64,000 bases of DNA from Chloroflexota bacterium (GCA_021787445.1 JAJYLV010000003.1:20437-84436); one strand, 5' to 3'; counted from the first letter of the stretch, positions 17,800 to 27,537 are shown. Numbers and translations are program-made. Notes: generated by a model from the sequence alone, not told the origin.

Positions 17800-19693
17800 G
17801 CGGATGGCCGCGGCGCTCGCGGTCGCCGCGTTGCTGCTGGCGCTGGCGACACCGGCCCTCGCCGACGACGTCGTCCGCCTCGTCGTGACCTCGACGGACG
17901 TGACCGCGTTCCCGCAGGTCGCGCTCACGCTGGCCGTCAGCGGACCGGACGGCCGCCCTGTCGTCCTCGATCCGTCCGAGATCGAGGTGTGGGTGGCGGG
18001 CGAGCGGCTCGCCGCGACCGTCAGCTCGAGCGTCGAAGCGCGTCCGGTGGACGTCGTCCTGGTGCTCGATCGCAGCGGCAGCATGGCCGGGACGCCGCTC
18101 GCCGATGCCACGCGCGCCGTCGGCTCCTTCCTCGCGCGCCTCGGACCGCGCGACCGCTCGGCGCTCGTCGGGCTGTCGACGCGCGCCGAGGCCGTCCGGG
18201 CCCTCACGACCGACCGCGCCTCCGTCGCCGCGGCGGCCACCCGCCTCTCAGCCAGCGGCGATACGGCGCTCTACGACGCGGTCGCTCTGGCTGCCCGCCA
18301 GCTTGACGAGGGCGGCCGTGCGCAGGCGCGGCAGGCGATCCTCGTCCTGACCGACGGGCACGACACCGCCAGCGCGACCTCGCCGGCGGATCTTCAGCCT
18401 CTCGTCGCGCATCGCGCCGTACACGTCGTCGCGCTCGGCGCGGCGCCCGACCTGGACGCTCTCAAGCGGCTCGCCGCCGCGAGCAGCGGAGGGACCGTCG
18501 TCCGCGCTCCCACGTCCGCGCAGCTCGACGCGATCTACGCCTCGCTCGCCGAGAAGCTGCGGGCGGACACCGGCGTTCGCTTCCGGTTCGCGACCGAGCA
18601 GTACGCGCCGGAGATGACCGTCGTCGTCGTCGCCCGCCGTGAGGGGAGCGTGATCGGACGGACCCAGCTCGTCATCCCGCTGCCAGTGCGGATCCCCGAC
18701 ACGGGCGCGATGCCGGCGACGACCGCCGCGCCGCAGATCGTGCCCGCGGTAGCGATGGTCACGACGCCAGATGCGAGCGGACGCGACCGACCGCTCATCG
18801 CCGGTCTTCTCGCTTCGGCGACGAGCCTCGCGCTCGTGGCCTGGGCACTCTCCGCCTTCGGGACGGCGGCCCGCCATGGCGCGCCCATCGAGAACGTGCC
18901 GCTCGCGTCGCCGGCCCGACGCCGCGGCACGTCCTCGATGCGCGCGCGGCGCACGATCCGCGGCATCGCCACCGGCGCGGCCCGGCTCACCCGCTCGAAG
19001 CCGTCACCCTCCGCGGATCTCCAGCTCGATCGGGCCGGGCGTCCGTTCGGCCTCGATCCGCTCGAGCTCACCGGGATGCGGCTCATCATCGTCGGCGGGC
19101 TCGCGGCCCTCGCGTTCGGCGGTGCGGTCGTCATCGGAGCGGACGGCATCGGGATCACGGCGTCCGCCGCATGGGGCGTCGTGGCGGGCTACGCGCTCCC
19201 CACGGTCGTCATCCGCGTCGCGACGACCGCGCGGCAGACCGCCATACGTCGGGCGCTGCCGACGACGCTCGACATGCTCACCCTCTGCGTCGAGGCCGGG
19301 CTGTCGCTCGACGGAGCGCTGGCCCACGTCTCGCGGCGCTCGCGCGGACCGCTCTACGACGAGATCGAGCGGCTCCTCCTCGAGCTGCAGATGGGCGTCG
19401 ACAGGCGAGACGCGCTACGTCACCTCGCGCTGCGCTGCGACGTGCCCGAGGTCACCCGTCTGGTGAACGCGATGCTCCAGGCGGAGGTCCTCGGCGTCGG
19501 CATCGGCCGTGCTCTCCAGGACCAGGCCCAGGAGGTGCGCACGCGCCGCCGTCAGCGTGCCGAAGCGCTCGCGCGTACCGCCCCGGTGAAGATGCTGTTC
19601 CCCATCGTCCTCCTCATCTTCCCCGCGATGTTCGTCGTCATCCTCGGCCCCGCCGTCCCCCGCCTCGCGGCGATCTTCGACGTCGCCCGCTAG
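17792..19693 (+). CDS. vWA domain fused to TadC (T2SS-F domain) pilus assembly protein
   Basis: Signal peptide (ALATPALA|DD). vWA with MIDAS VLDRSGSM...SGDTALYDAVA...LVLTDGHD. TM segment (PLIAGLLASATSLALVAWALSAF). TadC/T2SSF domain LPTTLDMLTLCVEAGLSLDGALAHVSRR...AMLQAEVLGVGIGRALQDQAQEVR plus terminal TMs. Confidence 0.7.
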   Translation: MSRRMAAALAVAALLLALATPALADDVVRLVVTSTDVTAFPQVALTLAVSGPDGRPVVLDPSEIEVWVAGERLAATVSSSVEARPVDVVLVLDRSGSMAGTPLADATRAVGSFLARLGPRDRSALVGLSTRAEAVRALTTDRASVAAAATRLSASGDTALYDAVALAARQLDEGGRAQARQAILVLTDGHDTASATSPADLQPLVAHRAVHVVALGAAPDLDALKRLAAASSGGTVVRAPTSAQLDAIYASLAEKLRADTGVRFRFATEQYAPEMTVVVVARREGSVIGRTQLVIPLPVRIPDTGAMPATTAAPQIVPAVAMVTTPDASGRDRPLIAGLLASATSLALVAWALSAFGTAARHGAPIENVPLASPARRRGTSSMRARRTIRGIATGAARLTRSKPSPSADLQLDRAGRPFGLDPLELTGMRLIIVGGLAALAFGGAVVIGADGIGITASAAWGVVAGYALPTVVIRVATTARQTAIRRALPTTLDMLTLCVEAGLSLDGALAHVSRRSRGPLYDEIERLLLELQMGVDRRDALRHLALRCDVPEVTRLVNAMLQAEVLGVGIGRALQDQAQEVRTRRRQRAEALARTAPVKMLFPIVLLIFPAMFVVILGPAVPRLAAIFDVAR

Positions 19694-19940
19694 CCGCCGG
19701 CGCGGCATACCTGCGATCCGGTAACACCTCACGCGCGTCTACTCACTCCCGACCCACCCCGCCATCGATCAAGGGGCCATACCGAGATCGGGGTGCTCGA
19801 TCCGGGCCGCTCTACCCATCTCAACGGATCGAGATCGATCCCCTGGATCCGTACGTTCGCCGCACATGCGCAGAACGATCGACGTGTCACGCACACGCGG
19901 CGCTACGGCGAGCGTGCGCTGACCGGGAAGGGGATCCTCG

Positions 19941-21686
19941 GTGTCCACGCTCCGTCCATTCAGGGCCATCGCGTTCGTTGCGGCCGTCTCGCTCCTGTTC
20001 GCCCTGTCGAATGTCGCGTACCTGCGACCGACGTCGAAGGAGGCGGCCGTGGCCGCGGCCGCGAGCCTCAATGTCGATCTCGACCAATGCGCCAACCTTT
20101 CGACGCCATGCCACTGGCAGAACGGGGACCTGAACAAGAACAACTCCGCCTACTACGAAGGCGATGTCGTCCCATTCCGCCTCGTCATCAACGACCTCGC
20201 GATGGGCAAGCACAGCATCCACATCGATTACGACTTCCTCGCGGGGAACCCCGGACACGTCGCGTACGACTTCCTCGCGCGCTACGACGCCACCGAGTCG
20301 GTCGACCCCTGCGGCGCTAATGGCGACGCGGACTCGCCGCTGTGCAACGCCGCCCTGCCGACGCCGATCGCGGTCGCCATCCCCCCGGACGCCTCGGAGC
20401 CGTTCACGGGCCTCACCGTGAGCGGAGCGGAGACGGCGTCCGGCCTCTCGCGGCAGCTGGTGATGTACGGCGCGATCGACACCGTGACCGACCAGCCGAC
20501 GGTGAGTGCGCCGACGGTCGCCAGCTCCAGCACGCGGGATGTCGTCGTCACCTTCTGGACGACCACGGGCAACGCCGACGTCATGCTCCTCTGGGGCGGC
20601 CACCTGGCGACCACCGCGTACTGGGACAGCTCGGGCCCCGGAGGCGCCCAGGAGATCTCGGGCGCCAGCTGGCACATGCGCACGCAGAACCTCGACGATG
20701 CCCCTGCCAGCAAGAACCAAGACAGGAGCGTCAACTCGAGCGCCCTGCCCACACCGACGCCGACGCCCACACCGACGCCGACGCCCACACCGACGCCGAC
20801 GCCCACACCGACGCCGACGCCCACGCCCACGCCCACGCCCACGCCCACGCCCACGCCCACGCCGACACCCACGCCGACGCCGACACCCACACCGACGCCG
20901 GCACCGGTACCCGTGTACGGGCCCGTCTACCTCGCGCCACCCGTCCCGCTCGTCGGAACGCTCGTCGTCATCCACTACGACGACCTCAACAAGAACGCCA
21001 TGCGGGACACCGCGGAGATCGGGCTCCTCGGCAGCTTCTCGGTGCTGCACAACGGCGCCCCGACCGCCGTCATCACGACAGACCCGACCGGTACCGTCAG
21101 CCTCACGCTCGCTCCCGGCACCTACGCGGTGCGGGAGAGCCTCGAGTCCGGCTGGTACAGCATCGACCCGGGCGGCATGACGCCGACGAAGACCGTGACC
21201 ATCGTCGCGGGCCAGACGACGACCGTGTCGTTCGGCTGCGCTCGTGTGCTCATCCCGTCGACGTCGCAGGGCGTACGCATCCAGGTCCGGACGTACGAGG
21301 ATCGCGACCACGACGGCAGCCTCGACACCGGCGAGCCCGGCCTCGCGGGCTGGACCTTCTCGGTCTTCGACTCGCAGGGCGCGACCGTCGCCGGCGTCAC
21401 GACCGATGCTCAGGGCAGCGCGACGACGATCGCCCTCGCACCCGGTGCCTACACCATCGTGCAGCAGCCGCAGGCCGGCTGGTTCAACACCGACCCAGGC
21501 ACGGCGTCAGCATCGAAGCAGACCCTCCTCGTCTCGGAGCCGGTGACCGTGATCTTCGGCAACGCGCGAGTGGAGCTTCCGTCGACCTCCACCGATCCCG
21601 CGGACGATGGCGCGCCCGGATCGTCGACCGTTCTCTTCCTGACGCTGGCCGTCGTCTCCGTCGCGCTGCGCCGGGCCATCGGCTGA
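19941..21686 (+). CDS. Secreted/cell-surface protein with PT-repeat linker and tandem Cna-B/SdrD-B-type domains and C-terminal anchor-like signal
   Basis: GTG start; signal peptide [20 protein letters not shown]; ~45 (PT)n residues; two repeats with [20 protein letters not shown]-type Ca-binding B-domain signatures. C-terminus [37 protein letters not shown] (motif + hydrophobic segment + basic tail). Confidence 0.7.
   Translation: MSTLRPFRAIAFVAAVSLLFALSNVAYLRPTSKEAAVAAAASLNVDLDQCANLSTPCHWQNGDLNKNNSAYYEGDVVPFRLVINDLAMGKHSIHIDYDFLAGNPGHVAYDFLARYDATESVDPCGANGDADSPLCNAALPTPIAVAIPPDASEPFTGLTVSGAETASGLSRQLVMYGAIDTVTDQPTVSAPTVASSSTRDVVVTFWTTTGNADVMLLWGGHLATTAYWDSSGPGGAQEISGASWHMRTQNLDDAPASKNQDRSVNSSALPTPTPTPTPTPTPTPTPTPTPTPTPTPTPTPTPTPTPTPTPTPTPTPTPTPAPVPVYGPVYLAPPVPLVGTLVVIHYDDLNKNAMRDTAEIGLLGSFSVLHNGAPTAVITTDPTGTVSLTLAPGTYAVRESLESGWYSIDPGGMTPTKTVTIVAGQTTTVSFGCARVLIPSTSQGVRIQVRTYEDRDHDGSLDTGEPGLAGWTFSVFDSQGATVAGVTTDAQGSATTIALAPGAYTIVQQPQAGWFNTDPGTASASKQTLLVSEPVTVIFGNARVELPSTSTDPADDGAPGSSTVLFLTLAVVSVALRRAIG
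20747..20910 (+). repeat. Tandem nucleotide repeat encoding (Pro-Thr)n linker (18-bp cccacaccgacgccgacg units then 6-bp cccacg units)
   Basis: Directly visible in the sequence at 20749-20905; produces the spurious MGVGVGV ORF on the opposite strand. Confidence 0.9.
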
Positions 21687-21746
21687 CACCCATCCCTTCC
21701 CCACCCACCAGCATCGGAGCGGGCCGTGAGCCCGCTCCGATGCGGC

Positions 21747-22376
21747 CTATCGGGCCTGGACGATGAGCACCGGGCCGCACGCGCTCGAGGTGAGGCTCGT
21801 CTGCAACGTGAGCGGTGCGAGGGGGAGCACGGGCTGCGTGCATCCGGCCTGCTGGAACGCTCCCGTGACGTGATACGTGAAGCCATCCGCGGTGACAGCG
21901 TCACCCGCGCTCCAGCCGGCGATGCGTCCGAAGCCGGTGTAGGCGTGACCCATGAGATAGCGGTCGGACAGGCAGGTGAAGCTGCGGATCTGCGTTCCGA
22001 CGTCCGTACGTCCGCTGCAGTCCGTGTACGGGACGATCGGGCCGGCGATGCCGAGCCGCGGGTAGCAGAACCAGGTGCCCGGACATGCGGCGGGCGCCGC
22101 GGAGCGGGCGACCGGCGCGCCGGCCGTCGCGTTCGGCCCGGCGGGCATGGGGACCCTGGCGGACGACAGCGCGGTCGGAACGGGCCGCGCCGGCGGCACA
22201 GGCTCGGGCGACGTCGCCGCTGAGGTCGATCCTTCGGTCGGCCCGACCGATGTGGACGGCTCGCTCGGTGTCGGCGACGGCAAGGCGCCGACCACAACGG
22301 GCCCGGGAGTAGCGCCGTGCGCCGCCTCCACGCACCCCGCCCCACCCACTGCCACCGCAAGAAGGAGCGCCGCCAT
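21747..22376 (-). CDS. Sortase-fold protein paralog (Ser at canonical Cys position), lipoprotein-like N-terminus
   Basis: ATG at 22376 inside track ORF 21747..22709. MAALLLAVAVGGAGC signal, Pro/Ser/Thr-rich linker, core YLMGHAYTGFG...GDAVTADGFTYHVTG...PLTLQTSLTSSACGPVLIVQAR, parallel to the protein at 10994. Confidence 0.5.
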   Translation of the reverse strand: MAALLLAVAVGGAGCVEAAHGATPGPVVVGALPSPTPSEPSTSVGPTEGSTSAATSPEPVPPARPVPTALSSARVPMPAGPNATAGAPVARSAAPAACPGTWFCYPRLGIAGPIVPYTDCSGRTDVGTQIRSFTCLSDRYLMGHAYTGFGRIAGWSAGDAVTADGFTYHVTGAFQQAGCTQPVLPLAPLTLQTSLTSSACGPVLIVQAR

Positions 22377-22524
22377 CGCTCGTCCCCTCGGAGGCTTCAC
22401 GGCGATACGGCTCCGGTACGAGCGGCGCCGGGCGTCGTGCCCCAGCGCCCGAGAAGACGCGGCTTGATGTGCTCGGGGCGAAGGGGCTCGCGCAGGAGCG
22501 GATCGTCGAGCAGGTGGATCTGGG

Positions 22525-23301
22525 CTAGCCCTCCGGCACCGTGCCCGCGAGCTCGCGCAGCAGGACGGTACGCGAACGCTCGGGCTTCGTCCGCCGCGGA
22601 TCCCCGAGATAGATCTCCACGTGCCGGTCGGCGCACACCAGGCCGTGCCGCTCGATCTCGTCACGGATCTTCGCGAGGCTCGCGCTCTCCGTCGCGTACG
22701 GACCGACATGGAGGATCCGTCCGACGCGCTGGCGCGGCAGCCGCTCCAGCCGTGCGTGCCGCGCCTCCGTGCTCCTCTCGAGCGCGCCGCCGCGCTTCGT
22801 CGTGACGGCCTCTACCGCCCGCGAGAGCTCGCTCTTCGTGACGTCGCGCGGGACGGCGATACGGAGGGTCCAGCGCCAGCTGCGGCGCGGCGCGCGCGAG
22901 CACGGGAGGACCTGATCGGACCACCAGCGTCCTTCGAGCGGGCCGATCGCGAACTCGCCGCGCCCGTCGCGCTTGCGCCGGAGCGCGAGGGAGAGCGCCA
23001 GGCCGTACGCCGCGCGGAGCGCGCTCTGGAACCGGACGCTTCCGGGCTCCCCCTCACCGTCGATCGCGATCACCGAACGCGCGGGGATGCCGACGATGTC
23101 CGCGGCGACCGTCGCGTCGAGGAGCTCGTGGGGCACGGGCAGCTCAGCGCTTGCCGCGCTCGCACGCTGAGCGCGCGCAGGCGGCCGGCGCGCGATGACG
23201 GCCACGCGTCGATGGTGCGAGCCCGCCGAGGGAGGGCTAGAGCCGTTCGGCGGTAGCGCCGACCGACCCCCAGGGACGGATCCCCGATCCCATGCGGCCA
23301 T
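22525..23301 (-). CDS. GyrI-like small-molecule-binding domain protein
   Basis: Tandem GyrI-like halves ([15 protein letters not shown]... and [27 protein letters not shown]...[25 protein letters not shown]). N-terminal 40-60 aa doubtful; start uncertain. Confidence 0.5.
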   Translation of the reverse strand: MAAWDRGSVPGGRSALPPNGSSPPSAGSHHRRVAVIARRPPARAQRASAASAELPVPHELLDATVAADIVGIPARSVIAIDGEGEPGSVRFQSALRAAYGLALSLALRRKRDGRGEFAIGPLEGRWWSDQVLPCSRAPRRSWRWTLRIAVPRDVTKSELSRAVEAVTTKRGGALERSTEARHARLERLPRQRVGRILHVGPYATESASLAKIRDEIERHGLVCADRHVEIYLGDPRRTKPERSRTVLLRELAGTVPEG

Positions 23302-23351
23302 GAGCCGAATGCCCCTCTGACGGGGCCGCGCCGCGGACGAGCATCGGCGTC

Positions 23352-24242
23352 ATGAAGGTGCTCTTCGCCACCGACGCTTCCGCCGACGCCCTGCGGGCCC
23401 AGTCGCTCATCGCCTCGCTCGCGTGGCCGGTGCCGACCCGCATCCGGGTCCTCGCGGTCGGACCGACGATCGAAGGCGTCCTCGACGACCACGCCGCGCG
23501 ATACGAGCCGCTCTACGAGCGGATCCGCGAAGGCATCGACCTCGAGCTCTCCGACTCGCAGCAGGCGCTCCGCGCGACGGGACGCGAGATCGCGACGACG
23601 CTGCTCTTCGGCCGGCCCGCCAGCACGATCGTCGACGAGGCGGCCCGGACGGAGACCGACCTCATCGTCGTGGGGAGCCGCGGCCGCGGTCCCATCGCGA
23701 CGACGCTCCTCGGGTCGGTGTCGGCGGAGGTCGTCGACCATGCGCCGTGCCCCGTCCTCGTCGCACGGACGAGCTCCCTCCACGGCGTCGTCCTCGCGAC
23801 CGACGGGTCCGACTGCGCTCGCGAGGCCGAGGAGATCGTGGCGCAGTGGCCGTTCGTCGCGGCGCCGCCGGTGACCGTCGTGAGCGTCGCGAACGTCGCG
23901 TCCGTCGTGTCCATGCTCGACCCGTTCGGGACGGGCGCCGTGGACGGCGACGCCTACCAGCAGATGATCGACCAGATGCGCGCGGAGCACGACCGCATCG
24001 CGCGCGCCGCGGCGCGGCGGCTGTCCGCGCACGGCATCGCCGCGACGCCGCTCGTCATGGATGGACAGCCGGTGAGCTCGATCATCGACGCCGCGAGGCT
24101 CGCCGGAGCGGAGCTCATCGTCACCGGCACCCGCGGTCGGACCGGCCTCGCCCGTCTCGCGCTCGGAAGCGTCGCGCGCGGCGTCCTCACGCACGCACCC
24201 ACCTCGGTCCTCGTCGTGCGCGGAATGGTCTCAAGGAGGTAG
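23352..24242 (+). CDS. Universal stress protein, tandem UspA domains
   Basis: MKVLFATDASADA...LIVVGSRGRGPIATTLLGSVSAEVV...ELIVTGTRGRTGLARLALGSVARGVLTHA. Confidence 0.8.
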   Translation: MKVLFATDASADALRAQSLIASLAWPVPTRIRVLAVGPTIEGVLDDHAARYEPLYERIREGIDLELSDSQQALRATGREIATTLLFGRPASTIVDEAARTETDLIVVGSRGRGPIATTLLGSVSAEVVDHAPCPVLVARTSSLHGVVLATDGSDCAREAEEIVAQWPFVAAPPVTVVSVANVASVVSMLDPFGTGAVDGDAYQQMIDQMRAEHDRIARAAARRLSAHGIAATPLVMDGQPVSSIIDAARLAGAELIVTGTRGRTGLARLALGSVARGVLTHAPTSVLVVRGMVSRR

Positions 24243-24248
24243 CTCGAC

Positions 24249-24938
24249 ATGACGATCGGCATCCTCGTCGCGGTGGGGGTGGTCTGCACCATCCTCCTCG
24301 CGCTCCTGCTCATCTTCCGTCGGGATCTCGTCGGGGTCGACCTCTCGGGTCGCAGCCTGCTTCTGCTCTACCTCTACCTCGCCTCCCTCGCGGGGGTGAT
24401 CACCGTCGCGGTCGGCGTCTCGCTCCTCCTGTCGTGGGGCACGGGGGTCGCGTTCGGCCTCGAGACCGCGTACGGCCGCCCTCCGATCCTCACGCCCTGC
24501 CCGCCGGGGCAGTGCCCGGATCCGCTGCAGATCGCCGCCCAGTACCAGCATCAGAGCGAGCAGCGCCTCTCGGGCGACCTCATCGGTGGCCTGACGACCG
24601 GCTTCTTCGGCCTCCTCTTCTACGCGGGACACAAGCTCGGGCGGCGCGCGCTCGGAGAGGATGACGACGCGTCCGTCCTCCACCGCGCGTACGTCGTGCT
24701 CGGCACGTTCGTGTTCGGCCTCTCCGCGATCGTGCTCCTGCCCGTGGGCGTGTACCAGGCGCTGTCCATCTGGCTGATCCCGCACACCGACGACGTCTTC
24801 GTGCCCGGGATCGCGGACAGCCTCACCGGCGGGATCGTCGCCACTCCGCTCTGGCTCTACTACCTCATGCGCATGGCGCGCGGTGCCCGAGTGGCCACGC
24901 CGCGCGCGCGGCCCGGCCCGATGCTCAGCGTCGGTTGA
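24249..24938 (+). CDS. Hypothetical integral membrane protein
   Basis: 229 aa; at least 4 predicted TM segments; periplasmic loop PCPPGQCPDP; no recognisable family. Confidence 0.5.
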   Translation: MTIGILVAVGVVCTILLALLLIFRRDLVGVDLSGRSLLLLYLYLASLAGVITVAVGVSLLLSWGTGVAFGLETAYGRPPILTPCPPGQCPDPLQIAAQYQHQSEQRLSGDLIGGLTTGFFGLLFYAGHKLGRRALGEDDDASVLHRAYVVLGTFVFGLSAIVLLPVGVYQALSIWLIPHTDDVFVPGIADSLTGGIVATPLWLYYLMRMARGARVATPRARPGPMLSVG

Positions 24939-25908
24939 CGAGGAGCACCGGCGATCCGGTGATGCGACCGGCGCGGAGCGCCGCGAGAGCGGCCTCCGCG
25001 TCGGCGAGGTCGAAGACCGCGGCGGTCGGACGGATGCCGAGGCGCGCGGCGAGCGGGAGGAACTCGTCGCCGTCGCGCCGCGCGAGGTTGGCGACGGAGC
25101 GGATCTGCCGCTCCTCCCACAGCAGCTCGTACGGGAACGCGGGGATGTCGCTCATGTGGATGCCCGCGCACACGACGACGCCGCCGGGCGCCAGCGCGCG
25201 GAGCGCGGCCGGCACGAGCGCGCCCACCGGCGCGAACACGATCGCGGCGCCGAGCGGCTCGGGCGGCTGCTCGTCCGATCCGCCCGCCCACTCGCAGCCG
25301 GTATCGCGCGCGAAGCGCTGCCCCACCTCGTCGCCGGGACGCGTGAACGCGAAGATCCGACGACCCTGATCGCGCGCGACCTGCGCGACGAGGTGCGCCG
25401 ACGAGCCATAGCCGTAGAGGCCGAGGAGGCGAGCGTCGCCGGCGAGGCGCAGCGCCCGGTATCCGATGAGGCCGGCGCACAGCAGGGGCGCGGCGTGCAC
25501 GTCGTCGAGGGCCCCGGGGAGCGGGAAGCAGAAGCGCTCGTCCGCCGCGCACATCTCGGCGAAGCCGCCGTCGCGCGTATACCCGGTGAAGACGGCGTTC
25601 GGGCAGAGGTTCTCGCGCCCGGAGCGGCAGTAGGCACAGGTGCCGTCCGTCCCGCCGAGCCATCCCACGCCGACCCGCGCTCCGAGGGCGAAGCGCCGCG
25701 CGTGTTCGCCGCGTGCGACGACGCGCCCGACGACCTGGTGCCCGGGCACGAGCGGGAGCGAGGGTCGCCGCAGCTCGCCATCCCGTATGTGGAGGTCGGT
25801 GCGGCAGACCCCGCAGGCGCCGACCTCGATGAGGACGTCGTCGCCACCGAGCCGCGGTCCGGCCAGATCGCGGAGCGCCAGCGGAGCGCCTGGGGCGTCG
25901 AGGACCAT
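24925..25908 (-). CDS. Zinc-dependent alcohol dehydrogenase (MDR family)
   Basis: GVCRTDLHIRDGE (catalytic Zn) and CAYCRSGRENLC structural Zn motif; GLYGYGSSAH NAD fold. Start placed at MVLDAPG (25908); the track ORF extends to 26022. Confidence 0.75.
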   Translation of the reverse strand: MVLDAPGAPLALRDLAGPRLGGDDVLIEVGACGVCRTDLHIRDGELRRPSLPLVPGHQVVGRVVARGEHARRFALGARVGVGWLGGTDGTCAYCRSGRENLCPNAVFTGYTRDGGFAEMCAADERFCFPLPGALDDVHAAPLLCAGLIGYRALRLAGDARLLGLYGYGSSAHLVAQVARDQGRRIFAFTRPGDEVGQRFARDTGCEWAGGSDEQPPEPLGAAIVFAPVGALVPAALRALAPGGVVVCAGIHMSDIPAFPYELLWEERQIRSVANLARRDGDEFLPLAARLGIRPTAAVFDLADAEAALAALRAGRITGSPVLLVNRR

Positions 25909-25951
25909 CGCGCGCACGCCGCGATGATGCGCCGCCGCCCGCGTGCCGCCT

Positions 25952-26262
25952 TTAGCGGCTGCGCGAGCTCCCGGCGCCGAACAGACCGTCCACGTTGCCC
26001 GTGTAGTCGCGCAGGAGCTCATGGGCGCTGAGGACGTCGTCGACCGTGATGGCCCCGCGGCCGGCGGGCGGCGGCTCGATCGCCGTCTGGACCATCACGA
26101 CGGCGATCCCCTGGCTCCCGCACGCGCCGCAGGTGCAGCGGATGAACCAATGCTGGTCGCGCTGACCGACGGGCTTCAGGTCGCCACGGGCGTAGAGGCG
26201 GCCGCACGCGGCGCAGCGCACGTTGCCGACCAGACCATCGAGCCAGCTCGGGGTCTCCGACA
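25952..26262 (-). CDS. Small Cys-rich (zinc-ribbon-like) hypothetical protein
   Basis: ~103 aa C-terminal portion of track ORF 25952..27586: MSETPSWLDGLVGNVRCAACGRLY...FIRCTCGACGSQGIAVVMVQ. The rest of that ORF is Arg/Ser-rich antisense of a USP gene. Confidence 0.35.
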
Positions 26263-26469
26263 TGCCCCCATCGTGGGGGCGGGCAGACGTCACGGAGAGG
26301 GTCCTTGGCAACATGCGCGTCCCCGGCCGGTCACGACCGTGCCGTGACTTTGGACCTAATGGATGTTCACCTCCGACGCTCCAGCCTTTGGGGGAGCGGG
26401 ACGATCGTCCGTATGCCCCTAGCGTGGGGGACGCGCCGCACCCCACGCTCGATGCAGCGATAAGCGGGA

Positions 26470-27341
26470 AAAGGAGCGGCACTATCCGGTTCCTCTTCGC
26501 CACGGACGGCTCGCCCTCCGCAGACGTCGCCCTCGAGATGCTCTGCGACATGCCCCACCGCCGTGAGACCGACTCCGTGACCGTTCTCACGGTCGCTGCG
26601 CACCGCGGAGTGCCGTTCGACGACGCCGGCTTCTCCGCGGTGGCGGAGGAGAACGCGGCGTCCGAGATCGCCGACCTCGCCGCGCGGCGGCTCGCCGCCC
26701 GCGGCATCCACGCCGACGTCCACATCGGCTCCGGCCCACCGGCTCGCGCGGTCGTCGCGACGGCGGTCGCGACGCGTTCCGACGTCATCGTCCTCGGGTC
26801 GCGCGGGCGCGGGCTCATCGCCGGGGCGCTGCTGGGGAGTACGGCGCGGACGCTCGCTCGGTCCTCGCCGCTGCCCGTCCTCGTCGTGCGCGAGAGACGC
26901 CAGGCACCGCGCCGCATCGTCATCGCCGTCGACGGCTCCCCCGATTCCCGCGCCGCGGTCGCGACGCTCGCGGCCCTGCCGCTCCCGCATGAGACCGACG
27001 TCGTCCTCATGCACGTCGTGCCCGATGGGCGCGTCGGCGCGACGCGCGCGCAGGAGCTCCTGCACGTCGCGGCCTGCCAGCTGCCGCCGATCTGGACGAC
27101 GCACATCGTCGTCGACCGCGGCGACGTCGCGGAGCGGATCCTCGCGCGGGCGACCGCGAGCGGCGCGGACCTGGTCGTTCTCGGCTCCCGCGGGACGGGC
27201 GTGGGCGAGGGCTTCCTCCAAGGCTCGACGGCGGATCGCGTGCTCTCGCGCTCGCACTGCGCCGTCCTGGTCGGACGGGCCGCGGAGCGCGTGAAGAAGG
27301 AAGAGCCTGCGCTCCGCGCCCTGGCGCAGCGCGCCGTCTGA
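26470..27341 (+). CDS. Universal stress protein, tandem UspA domains
   Basis: IRFLFATDGSPSADVAL...VIVLGSRGRGLIAGALLGSTARTLARSSPLPVLVV...LVVLGSRGTGVGEGFLQGSTADRVL. The track ORF begins at 26223, but USP homology starts near 26470 after an AAGGAG-like SD at ~26461. Confidence 0.7.
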
Positions 27342-27537
27342 TGCTCTCTCGAGCTCCCTCCGAACGCGCACGCCGGCACTTGCCTCTTGCGCTGGCGGCG
27401 GCTCACGCGTGACGGTCGCCTCGCCTCCGCGGCAGCGCTAGGCACACCGGTCGAGATGGCCCTCGGTGTCACGCTCGGTACCAGACTACGGTCGCGACGT
27501 CGGCGGATGCCCGTCCGCGCAGCTGGGGAGCGGGTCC

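Noticed and set aside
20282-20890. ORF translating to MGVGVGVGV... on minus strand
   Set aside because: Mirror image of the (PT)n-encoding tandem repeat in the plus-strand surface protein gene.
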